A DNA stretch of 63,782 nt, counting the filler, from Octopus bimaculoides (Eukaryota): NCBI RefSeq assembly GCF_001194135.2. It is 9 parts of 7 records of this genome, joined end to end, with 100 filler letters (N's around TTAATTAATTAA, not from the genome) between each part and the next. Parts side by side here need not be neighbours in the genome. Positions count along the whole stretch, not along the records: positions 50,325 to 55,170 come from NC_068996.1; positions 55,271 to 57,248 come from NW_026298609.1; positions 57,349 to 59,819 come from NC_068989.1; positions 59,920 to 63,782 come from NC_068987.1; 5 more parts are not named here. One strand, given 5' to 3'. The position numbers and the translations under genes were made by a program. Below, in pieces: positions 52,918 to 63,782 of the stretch (positions within the stretch are counted from its first letter, which is position 1; every line of letters starts with the position of its first letter). Below the pieces are notes generated by a model, which worked only from the letters and a program-made list of their open reading frames with translations, made no database searches and was not told the DNA's origin.

Positions 52918-53305
52918 GGCGAAGGCAAAGCGCATGTATACCACCCATCAGACGAAAGTGAAACATCCGGAGTTTTTAGCTTTTTCAAAGTGGGAGGTAG
53001 TGAGTGGGTGGGTGACGTTTCTTTCTTCGGGAAAAATTGAAATTTGAAAAAAAAATTCCCATATTCGTAATCTCTATCTTTATACGTGAATTAAAAAACA
53101 AAATTCGGAAGAACTTAAAAATTAAGAAATTGGTGGTGATGGTGGTGGTGGTGGTGGTGGTAGTGGGGGGACTAAAATTTTGAAAACGTGATTTTTGGGC
53201 AAAATCATATTCTTCTCTATCGAAAACAGAGATCCGAAAAAAAATTGCAAAAAAATCTAAATAATACACCGGAAATGGGTGGTGTGCAAGCGCTTTACCT
53301 CTGCC
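52918..53305. mobile_element. MITE-like element with imperfect TIRs of about 31 bp starting GGC
   Basis: GGCGAAGGCAAAGCGCATGTATACCACCCAT versus ATGGGTGGTGTGCAAGCGCTTTACCTCTGCC. Confidence 0.6.
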
Positions 53306-53989
53306 AAAAGATATTAGGTGTTTTGTGTGTTTTAGTGTGCCTGAGTGAGTGAATGCTCACTCACACACACGTACATCCATCATCTTTCACACACATAAAT
53401 ATACACACAAAAACACAAAAATAATAACAGTGGATGGGAAATTCATAGGCCTTATTAAACTTTATTAATCATGCTTAATTAATAAAGTTTAATAAAGACT
53501 ATGAATTTCCATCCATATATTATTGTTATTATATTTATCCTAAGCTGAAAGGTGTTCCAAATGCATACCCATACTATTGGATTACCCTGGGAGATGGAAT
53601 GCGACAGCCGACAACAAGAAGCACAGCAGCTTTTAAGAGTGCATTATGAGGCTTTTACTCAAAATAAACTATTGATACACAGATACCTTGCATGACTCAG
53701 TAGTTAGACCATTGGGCTCACAATCACAAGGTAGTGTGTTCGATTCCCAAATCAGGCTGTGCGTTGCGTCCTTGTGCAAGAAACGTTTCTCTAGTTCACT
53801 CAGCTGTAGAAATGAGTTGTGGCGTCACTGGTGCCAAGCTGTGTCAGCCTTTGCCTTTCTCTTGGATAACACTGGTAGCATGGAGAGGGGAGGCTGGTAT
53901 GCATGGGTGACTGCTGGCCTTCCATAAACAACTTTGCCCAGACAATCCCGTGGTCTCACTCATGACTGAAGGGGCTCTTATATATATCA

Positions 53990-54420
53990 TCACCATCATC
54001 ATCATCATCATTATCATCATTATCATTTAATGTCCGCTTTCCATGCTAGCATGGGTTGGACAATTTGACTGAAGACTGGCGAACCAGATGTGTGCACCAG
54101 GCTCCAATCTGATCTGGCAGAGTTTCTACAGCTGGATGCCCTTCCTAACGCCAAACACTCCAAGAGTATAGTGTGTGCTTTTACATGCTACCGGCACGAG
54201 GGCCAGTCTGGCAGTATTAGCAATGGCCATGCCCAAATGGTGTTCGTTACATGTCACCTGCACAGAAGTCACTCCAGCGGCACTGGCAATGACCTCGCTC
54301 AAATGTTTTGTTCATGTGCCAGTAAAGCGACACTGGTAACGATCACGCTCAAATGGTGCTTTTTACGTGCCACCGGCATGGAAGCCAAACAGCTGCTCTG
54401 GCAGTGATCCCACTCGGATG
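53990..54420 (-). mobile_element. Family D SINE
   Basis: (ATC)n tail followed by TTTCCATGCTAGCATGGGTTGGAC...CTACAGCTGGATGCCCTTCC and the internal modules. Confidence 0.8.
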
Positions 54421-54470
54421 GAGCTGTTAGCAGTTCACTGGCAAGGGCACCAGTCATTGAATTTAAATCT

Positions 54471-54645
54471 TTAGAAGAATCAATTTATTAGACGGAGTCC
54501 ATTAAATGTCATCAAATAAAGGAACAGGTTTTGATGCTAATATGGATTATCTATTTATTTTAACCAGATAGCTGTTTCTGTCACAAAAGACCATATTGAT
54601 TTGATGATATCTATTGGACTCTATCTAATAAATTGATTCTTCTAA
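54471..54645. mobile_element. 175-bp MITE-like element with 47-bp inverted arms
   Basis: 54471-54517 versus 54599-54645, about 42 of 47 matches by eye. Confidence 0.65.
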
Positions 54646-55506
54646 TGGTTTTTATTTATATATATTCATACGGAAATGAAAGGAATTCCTTAAACAAAGT
54701 ATGATGAAAAAAAAACTTTGGAAACCTAGGGAATAATACTCTAAAAGGATAATATAATATATATATATATAAATATACTGTTTTTACTTTGCTAAAGATT
54801 TTCTACTATTTGAAAATAATATGTATTCTTGTTTTTTATATTATTCATTTGGTTCTTTATAGATTATTTTTTAATAAATAACTTATTTAACACTAAATTG
54901 TTTAGAAGTTATAGTTTCATTTCTACATAATATTAGAACCTCGATTTGAATAGTGTTGATATATTTTCGATTATTTTTGATTGATAATATTTGATTAATA
55001 ATTAGTCTTTATTGTTTATAATATCGTTAAAGGTTTTTTTTAATTAAAACTTTGTATATATATATATAAAGTTTAATCTTTTATTCTTAATAATTTTTTT
55101 CTTTCCTAATTTTTTCATTCATAATTTTTTCATTCATAATTTTTTCATTCATATTTTTATTCTTACGTTTNNNNNNNNNNNNNNNNNNNNNNNNNNNNNN
55201 NNNNNNNNNNNNNNTTAATTAATTAANNNNNNNNNNNNNNNNNNNNNNNNNNNNNNNNNNNNNNNNNNNNACCATGTGGTTGGTGAGCAAGCTACTTACC
55301 ACACAGCCACTCCTGCGCCAGTTGTTTACGTTCTGAGTTCAAATTCCGCCGAGTTCGACTCTACTTTCCATCCTTTCGCGTTCTATGAAATAAAGAACTT
55401 GTGAAGTACTAGGGATCGCTGTAATCGACATACCTCTCCTCTAAAATTGCTGGCCTCGTGCCAAAAGTTGAAACCAAGGAGGTGAAGTGGCAGAATCGTT
55501 AGCATA

Positions 55507-55670
55507 GGCGCAGGAGTGGCTGTGTGGTAAGTAGCTTGCTTACCAGCGACATGGTTCCGGTTTCAGTCCCACTGCGTGGCACCTTGGGCAAGTGTCTTCT
55601 ACTATAGCCTCGGGCCGACCAAAGCATTGTGAGTGGATTTGGTAGACGGAAACTGAAAGAAGCCCGTCGT
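55507..55670 (+). mobile_element. Family B SINE head, well preserved
   Basis: GGCGCAGGAGTGGCTGTGTGGTAAG (A-box-like) and GGTTTCAGTCCC (B-box-like), followed by (TA)n. Confidence 0.85.
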
Positions 55671-56599
55671 ATATATATATATATATATNNNNNNNNNNNN
55701 NNNNNNNNNNNNNNNNNNNNNNNNNNNNNNNNNNNNNNNNNNNNNNNNNNNNNNNNNNNNNNNNNNNNNNNNNNNNNNNNNNNNNNNNNNNNNNNNNNNN
55801 NNNNNNNNNNNNNNNNNNNNNNNNNNNNNNNNNNNNNNNNNNNNNNNNNNNNNNNNNNNNNNNNNNNNNNNNNNNNNNNNNNNNNNNNNNNNNNNNNNNN
55901 NNNNNNNNNNNNNNNNNNNNNNNNNNNNNNNNNNNNNNNNNNNNNNNNNNNNNNNNNNNNNNNNNNNNNNNNNNNNNNNNNNNNNNNNNNNNNNNNNNNN
56001 NNNNNNNNNNNNNNNNNNNNNNNNNNNNNNNNNNNNNNNNNNNNNNNNNNNNNNNNNNNNNNNNNNNNNNNNNNNNNNNNNNNNNNNNNNNNNNNNNNNN
56101 NNNNNNNNNNNNNNNNNNNNNNNNNNNNNNNNNNNNNNNNNNNNNNNNNNNNNNNNNNNNNNNNNNNNNNNNNNNNNNNNNNNNNNNNNNNNNNNNNNNN
56201 NNNNNNNNNNNNNNNNNNNNNNNNNNNNNNNNNNNNNNNNNNNNNNNNNNNNNNNNNNNNNNNNNNNNNNNNNNNNNNNNNNNNNNNNNNNNNNNNNNNN
56301 NNNNNNNNNNNNNNNNNNNNNNNNNNNNNNNNNNNNNNNNNNNNNNNNNNNNNNNNNNNNNNNNNNNNNNNNNNNNNNNNNNNNNNNNNNNNNNNNNNNN
56401 NNNNNNNNNNNNNNNNNNNNNNNNNNNNNNNNNNNNNNNNNNNNNNNNNNNNNNNNNNNNNNNNNNNNNNNNNNNNNNNNNNNNNNNNNNNNNNNNNNNN
56501 NNNNNNNNNNNNNNNNNNNNNNNNNNNNNNNNNNNNNNNNNNNNNNNNNNNNNNNNNTCAATTAAAAGATTTCGATTAAAAAACATATATAAAATCAAA

Positions 56600-56690
56600 T
56601 TGCCCATAAAAAGTATTTGCTGTCCACGGACCCCCTGTCTTGTCCTTGTGGACCCCCTGTGGTCCGCGGACCACAGTTTGAAAACCCCTG
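56600..56690 (-). mobile_element. hAT-type non-autonomous element terminus, apparently inserted in a family A SINE
   Basis: Reverse complement begins CAGGGGTTTTCAAACTGTGGTCCGCGGACCACAG. SINE tail sequence ATGTAATCGAC...AGAAAGGATTATT resumes at 56691. Confidence 0.65.
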
Positions 56691-57215
56691 ATGTAATCGA
56701 CTACCTCCCTCTCACCAAATTTCAGGTCCTGTGATTTAGTAGAAAGGATTATTATTATTATTGGCTTAACTACATATTCCTGCCCCCGTCCTCGAGTTTG
56801 GATGATCATAACTTTCAGAAAAATGGATATTTTTTAATGTAATTTTCTACGAATATGTGTTATATCATGTAGATTCCGAATATACAAAACTTTTGGAGGA
56901 AAGTGTTTTAGGAGGGGGTGGAGTGGAGAATTTCGGAAAATTCACCGGCATCCACTTCAATTCGTTTTAACTTTCAAGAAAATAGATATTTCTTAATGAA
57001 ATTTTCTACAATTATACCTCGGAGTATGTAGATTTCGAGAACATAGGAATTTTGGGGGATACTTTTGAGGACTGTTCCTCACTCGGGGGTGTTTCGGAAC
57101 AAGTCGTCCATATTTGTTTCATTTTCTCCTTTTAGTGCGTTTGTGCGTCCGTAGATTTCTACTAAAACAGCAGGCAATGAAGCTGTCACCAGAAAACTGC
57201 CATTATGCAATATGC

Positions 57216-57248
<33 letters not shown>

Positions 57249-57494
57249 NNNNNNNNNNNNNNNNNNNNNNNNNNNNNNNNNNNNNNNNNNNNTTAATTAA
57301 TTAANNNNNNNNNNNNNNNNNNNNNNNNNNNNNNNNNNNNNNNNNNNNTGTTATCTCCCCCTTTCTTAGCTCTCCTGAAATAAGAATTTCTAACTTCCGG
57401 TCAGTCATTGTTATGATCGGCCATTATTATGATTGACCGTTGACTGAACACTATTCAATTTTTTTTCTCCGTGTTTTTCTCCTTGTCTCCGTAT

Positions 57495-57531
57495 TCTTTC
57501 TGTTGAAGAGCGTAGCTCGAAACGTCAAAGA
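57495..57531 (+). ncRNA. Candidate minimal hammerhead-like motif with a non-canonical core
   Basis: UCUUU | CUGUUGA+A | GAGC-gua-GCUC | GAA | ACGU | C^ | AAAGA. Confidence 0.45.
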
Positions 57532-59309
57532 CTTTCCGTATTCCCGAGCGTCATACTAATATATACTTTTGTTATTTACACCACCTGTCCTCGTCTGTTG
57601 TTATTTTTTGTATATTCTCCCATATATATATATATATATATTTCAGCCTTTGTCCTGTTTTATATGACCCTCGACCAGTAAAATATTGTGACATAATTAG
57701 AGCTTTACTGAATTAACTTCTGCAAGTGGGACAAAAATATTGTCTTTGTGTATTATTCTTTTTTAACAAAAGGTCGAACAAACTATAGGCACAGAATTCA
57801 GGACCCTTTTTCTCTTGTAACATCAGTTTCTTTTTTTCTTATTCTCTTAAGGTTGGTTTAAGAGGGTTAGTCTTAAAATTACACCAAATCCTCGCGAAAC
57901 GAACTTCATAGCCACATGTTCGTAACTCCGTCACCAGGCATTGAAAGAATTTTAAAGTTATCGCTCCACAGCTAAGAGGGGACTAAGTGAATCAGGATAA
58001 ATTTCTGTGGAATTGTGTGACTTTTAAAGGGCAACAGAACGGAACAACATAGGCAGGCAATGTGATCTCACGGTGCAAAGTGGTTAGCTGTTGAATATCT
58101 TAACATCTTTGCTACGTATCACTCTCTCTCTTTCTCTTTCTATCTCTATCTCACTCTCACACACACATACAAGCACACGTACATTCACATTTGATTATAG
58201 TTCATAACATCAAACCCGACGCAATCCCCCCGACACAATTCCATTTCAAACACACATGTATATGAAGTAACTAATAGAATGCATTGGCGCTACTTTTACT
58301 CCACTAACATTTCGAGTGATCTGATTTGACACCCGTTGTTTGTCTGGCACCTAAACAACAGCAATGACGATGATCATCTGATTCCATTTGACAGCGATCA
58401 GATGAATAAAGAGATAATTAAAAAAGCTCACAGACCTCATTACAAACTGATTGCGCTTAAATACAACACAGAATTACGATAATATTGTTAATTCAGATGT
58501 CACATTCACATGGCCGTATGGCATGATGCCCTATTCTATGGGATACATTACGTGCCCTGAAAAAGCACATTTTTTTTTTCACTCTACCATGTCTGATAGT
58601 TGGCACTCACACAACTAGTGAACTGTAGACGGGATAGTTTGGTGTGTATTTGACCTTTAAGCCAGATACTTACTATATCTCATTCAGAAAAATAAAGTTA
58701 ATAGAAGAAAAAAAATGCTGAAGGGTGGTATGGGAATTTTGTTAATCTTACGTTCTCAAATGAGAAGGTTTGCGTGCCTCACTCTTCCACATATTTTCTA
58801 CTTAAGATGACATTTTTTATTTTGTTCTACATTCCTCGCCATTACTTCATGCAAGTATAGACAGCCGCCTAATTGCTGAGACAGCGAGAACATATTTACA
58901 GCCGACTCAATTGGGGGTGTTTGTATACAGCCTCTGAAGCTACGAGAAACACTACATATTTTAAATCACACCAGAATGACATAAAAACTGAATATAGGCC
59001 TGAATTATGTAATCCGGGGAAAAAGAAAATATAGACGCAATTGTCATGGTTGGAATGGCTTTGATCATGGTTAATGTGGGCGTGACGTGTATTATAATCC
59101 TGGTTTGAGCAAAGTCCTATGAGTACAATTTGAGTGGCAGAAACTGTGTGGAACCTGTCTGTCTAGTTCTCTCTCTCTCTCTTTCTGTCTCTCTTTCCCA
59201 CTCTCTCTCCTACTCTCCCACTCTCTCTCCTACTCTCCCACTCTCTCTCTCTCTCTCTCTCTCTCCGTTTCTCTCTCTCCGTCTCTCTCTCTCCGTCTCT
59301 CTCTCTCCG

Positions 59310-59643
59310 ACCCCAGGACTTATTCTTTGGAAGCCTTGTACTTATTCTATCGGTCTCTTTTGCCGAACCGCAAGTTACGGGGACGTAAACACACCACCAT
59401 CGGTTGTCAAGTCATATTGGGGGGACAAACACAGACACACAAACATATACACACATACATATATATGTTTACATATATACGACAGGCTTCTTTCAGTTTC
59501 CGTCTGCCAAATCCACTCACAAGGCTTTGGTCGGCTCGAGGCTACAGTAGAAGACACTTGCCCAAGGTGCTACGCAGTGGGAATGAACCTGGAACCATGT
59601 GGTTGGTAACCAAGCTACTTACCACACAGCCACTCCTGCGCCC
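59310..59643 (-). mobile_element. Composite family B SINE
   Basis: High similarity to 7125-7536. Confidence 0.85.
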
Positions 59644-59951
59644 ATATATATATATGGGGTTACCAAAATCGTTTGAATGATTAGGGCCTCTTTAGGGTTA
59701 ATCCGTCTCTAGTCAAGATTTGATACTTCTGCACCTAAGTTCATCCAGTTAACTATGTGACAAAGACTGAGATAACACAACAAACGTACAGCCAGTGTTA
59801 ATCTCTGATAAATCGAAAANNNNNNNNNNNNNNNNNNNNNNNNNNNNNNNNNNNNNNNNNNNNTTAATTAATTAANNNNNNNNNNNNNNNNNNNNNNNNN
59901 NNNNNNNNNNNNNNNNNNNGAAAGCACGTTATAAAAATAAAACTACTGAAC

Positions 59952-60067
<116 letters not shown>

Positions 60068-60173
60068 TAATAATAATAATAATAATAATAATTTAAAAGG
60101 ATTGACATAACTCTTCACAAAGGTAAACAAACAAGACGAGCGCGGGATGCGATTGCAATAGATATTTTATTGG

Positions 60174-60216
60174 TTGAACGATATTTCGCGAGCAAGCCTG
60201 TCTTTGTCGAGTTCAA
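60174..60216 (-). ncRNA. Degenerate hammerhead-like motif downstream of a PLE endonuclease
   Basis: UUGAAC | UCGACAA+A | GACAG-gcuug-CUCGC | GAA | AUAU | C^ | GUUCAA. Confidence 0.4.
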
Positions 60217-60329
60217 AGTAGAAAGTGATAAATATTCAAAATTATAGAAATTCAAATTTAAAGCATGGACGACAGCAACCAGAGTCCACACGTTGATGGA
60301 ATGACATCATCAGTTTTTAAGTTTCGATT

Positions 60330-60870
60330 TCATAACTGGCGAAAAGAAAAAAAGACATAAAGGAAAAGGAGAGAAAAAAAAAAGGAAAGAAAAAAAGAAA
60401 GGGAAGAAGAAGAATATTCAAAACAGATTTGTGTAAATTTTATGATATCTCCTGTCATTTTATTCATTCCTCCAGGGCGTGATATTAATAACTCCCAAAC
60501 ATATTTCTCCTCATGCATTTTGAATATTAAAAGGGAAGCAGATTCTGAATATTTTCTGAGAATATGCACATTCAAGTCTTTTTAAAAATTGCAGCCGCTT
60601 GAAACAAAATGTTCGGTAAGTCCTGTCCAACTACTGTTATTGTGCCTGACATCATATCTGTGCCCATTAAATGTTTTGTATAATTGTTCTATTGTACAAC
60701 CAAGATAAATCAAGTTGCGTTTCGTACATTCTGATGCGTACACCAAATGGGAATCTATACATGTCCCACGTTCTGTATAAATCAAAACATTTCTGTTATG
60801 ATTCCTGATGGAATTCACTTGACTCATGTTGTACAATGAACAGGACTGAGGTTGTTTTTCAAGGTACACC
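60330..60870 (-). mobile_element. Penelope-like element 4, GIY-YIG endonuclease remnant
   Basis: TCIDSHLVYASECTKRNLIYLGCT...FNGHRYDV...EHF, then EEKYVWELLISRPGGMN, matching the PLE GIY-YIG layout. Confidence 0.8.
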
Positions 60871-61349
60871 GTACAGATACTCCAATGTTAGTTTCCTTGG
60901 AGTCAAAATAGAGGTCAATTGATCTCTTATATTTTTATTCCGTCTAATGTCTACAATAGGCGGCTGAGCAAATATCTGTTTGAGAAAAGGATAATTTCCA
61001 GCAACATTCTGGTAACTTTAATACAGCACTCTTGAAATACCAGCGAAATTTCGGTGCCAGTTAATCACTAAAGGAATTCTGTCACATATTGCATTGTGTT
61101 TGCTAAAATTATGCATGGTGGTTTGACCTTATTTGCTAATCTTAGCTCTCTCATTTGCTATTTCTTTTAATCATGATTCACTCTAACCACATTTGATATA
61201 ATGTTGTATAAAAGCATTGCATGTTTCCAGTAATTCCCTATGTCAGTACTGACATAGAGGGATCCTAGATGATTCTGCAGGTCTCCGACCCTGCTATTCT
61301 CTGCAGTTTGTGCTCAATCCACCTTTCTATCCCCAACCTTTCGCTACCT

Positions 61350-61810
61350 CATCGTCTCTGGCAATGCAACCTGGGAGCGTTGCCAGTTCGGGATAAACTC
61401 CACAAGTACGGAAGTACTGTCAGTCGGAGTTACCCAAGATATGCGCAATGAAACCGTCCTGCACGCACTCGTCCAGTGCCCAACAATTTTTGACGTGTGC
61501 GTTTATGTCAAATCCGGCTATCAACGGAGCCTATTGTTAAGATTGTTCCACCCTCTTCTGTTGGTCGGGAAGGCCGGGCAGTTTTCATTTGCCTGGTTGG
61601 TATGGGGAAAGAGGTTCACTTCTAGCAAATTTATTGAAAGGTAGATGAGAGTAGCGAGCATGGTTCGTATGAACAGGCCTGCTTTGAGCATGTGCTTCTG
61701 AGTGGAGTAAGAGTGAGAGAGGAAGCACTTGCCAAAGTGGTCAAGGAAACCGTGACTTTCTGTGAGGTTTGCACAGTTTTCCCTTGGAAGTCTCCCCACC
61801 TTTTGTAAGT
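61350..61810 (+). mobile_element. Tx1/L1-clade ORF2 C-terminal (zinc-knuckle) remnant
   Basis: LWQCNLGALPVRDKLHKYGSTVSRSYPRYAQ, a frameshift, then ETVLHALVQCPTI. Confidence 0.7.
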
Positions 61811-61907
61811 GTGTAATTTTATTGTTCATTTTTTGTTGTTTCGTATGTTTATTACGGTAAATGTCTCCGTTTGTGTCTTTGTATTTGCCCGATGTGGCCA
61901 ATAAAAA

Positions 61908-61967
<60 letters not shown>

Positions 61968-62442
61968 AATGAATCATTACTATTATCATTCGTATTATTA
62001 TTATTATTGCTTTTCCTTGACAGACCATTTTGGAATTGTGATTTTACTTCCGGTTTGTCTGGGAATTTAGTGTTACGAAGCTGCTCAAATACATTCATAC
62101 TTTAATATAATACACATAAATACATATATACACACACACAATTAGATAAAAACACGCATACACACACAAACATACATGTTTGGACACGCATACATACTCA
62201 AACACATGCTTATGCAAACAACATCCTTCTTCCATCCATACAAGAAGCCACTGTATGTTTTTCTCTTCTACAAACAAACCAATTATCTGTGTACTTATCT
62301 TTATCTATCTGGTTATATTGCAGCATCTAAGCTTGCCATCTTGGTATATAGCAATATATCAATATATCGATCTGTATAAATATCTTTCTATCTAGCTATC
62401 AATCTATCTATACATATCAATACATATATAAATACATACATG

Positions 62443-62473
<31 letters not shown>

Positions 62474-63374
62474 CTATATATATATATATATATATATGTG
62501 CGTGTGTGTGTGTGTGTGTGTATGTACAGACACACATACATTCACACATATANNNNNNNNNNNNNNNNNNNNNNNNNNNNNNNNNNNNNNNNNNNNNNNN
62601 NNNNNNNNNNNNNNNNNNNNNNNNNNNNNNNNNNNNNNNNNNNNNNNNNNNNNNNNNNNNNNNNNNNNNNNNNNNNNNNNNNNNNNNNNNNNNNNNNNNN
62701 NNNNNNNNNNNNNNNNNNNNNNNNNNNNNNNNNNNNNNNNNNNNNNNNNNNNNNNNNNNNNNNNNNNNNNNNNNNNNNNNNNNNNNNNNNNNNNNNNNNN
62801 NNNNNNNNNNNNNNNNNNNNNNNNNNNNNNNNNNNNNNNNNNNNNNNNNNNNNNNNNNNNNNNNNNNNNNNNNNNNNNNNNNNNNNNNNNNNNNNNNNNN
62901 NNNNNNNNNNNNNNNNNNNNNNNNNNNNNNNNNNNNNNNNNNNNNNNNNNNNNNNNNNNNNNNNNNNNNNNNNNNNNNNNNNNNNNNNNNNNNNNNNNNN
63001 NNNNNNNNNNNNNNNNNNNNNNNNNNNNNNNNNNNNNNNNNNNNNNNNNNNNNNNNNNNNNNNNNNNNNNNNNNNNNNNNNNNNNNNNNNNNNNNNNNNN
63101 NNNNNNNNNNNNNNNNNNNNNNNNNNNNNNNNNNNNNNNNNNNNNNNNNNNNNNNNNNNNNNNNNNNNNNNNNNNNNNNNNNNNNNNNNNNNNNNNNNNN
63201 NNNNNNNNNNNNNNNNNNNNNNNNNNNNNNNNNNNNNNNNNNNNNNNNNNNNNNNNNNNNNNNNNNNNNNNNNNNNNNNNNNNNNNNNNNNNNNNNNNNN
63301 NNNNNNNNNNNNNNNNNNNNNNNNNNNNNNNNNNNNNNNNNNNNNNNNNNNNNNNNNNNNNNNNNNNNNNNNNN

Positions 63375-63409
<35 letters not shown>

Positions 63410-63466
63410 CACACATGTATATAGGTATATATATGTGTGTACATATATGTATACATAAATATATGT

Positions 63467-63505
<39 letters not shown>

Positions 63506-63782
63506 CACGTCGAAAGGGAGAGGAGAAGAAAAAGGGGGTAGAAAAGCAAAGAGAGGAAGGACAAAAGAAACAAAGACATTGACAGGAAAAGAGATTTACG
63601 TTAACGTTATTTCTTCTGTTATACACACTAGACACACACAAATACACACACACATATATACACGCACATACAGACACATGTATGTACTATTCAGACATAC
63701 AACTTACATTCACCTGAATACATATGAATATATACACAAATACTCCAATATTTTGATTACTATATATATATATATGTATATA

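Noticed and set aside
54660-55170. Extremely AT-rich tract, considered as a NUMT or contaminant
   Set aside because: No mitochondrial gene or tRNA motif was recognised, and it is contiguous with host SINE sequence.

Overview
AT-rich, microsatellite-dense animal genomic DNA from a fragmented assembly. The SINE families look like those of octopus (coleoid cephalopod); that assignment is inferred from recognising the repeats, not from a search. Eight identical artificial joins (44 N + TTAATTAATTAA + 44 N) split the window into nine source scaffolds, so adjacency across joins is unproven. The only host gene supported is an OATP/SLCO organic anion transporter on the minus strand. Four phase-compatible internal exons (11180-11001, 8804-8708, 5311-5190, 3859-3599) splice into about 220 codons; its 5' and 3' exons are not visible here. 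The rest is transposon-derived: tRNA-type SINEs, a decayed autonomous Helitron, non-autonomous Helitrons, at least four Penelope-like (PLE) pieces, a Merlin transposase fragment, RTE, CR1/L2-like and Tx1/L1 remnants, hAT ends and MITE-like hairpins. I found no convincing new multi-gene system. The best leads are three minimal hammerhead-ribozyme-like motifs (two with a U3-A8 core), a 231-bp-arm foldback plus a third copy bracketing an SLCO exon, a complete small Helitron carrying a RepHel fragment, and a chimera of two PLEs.
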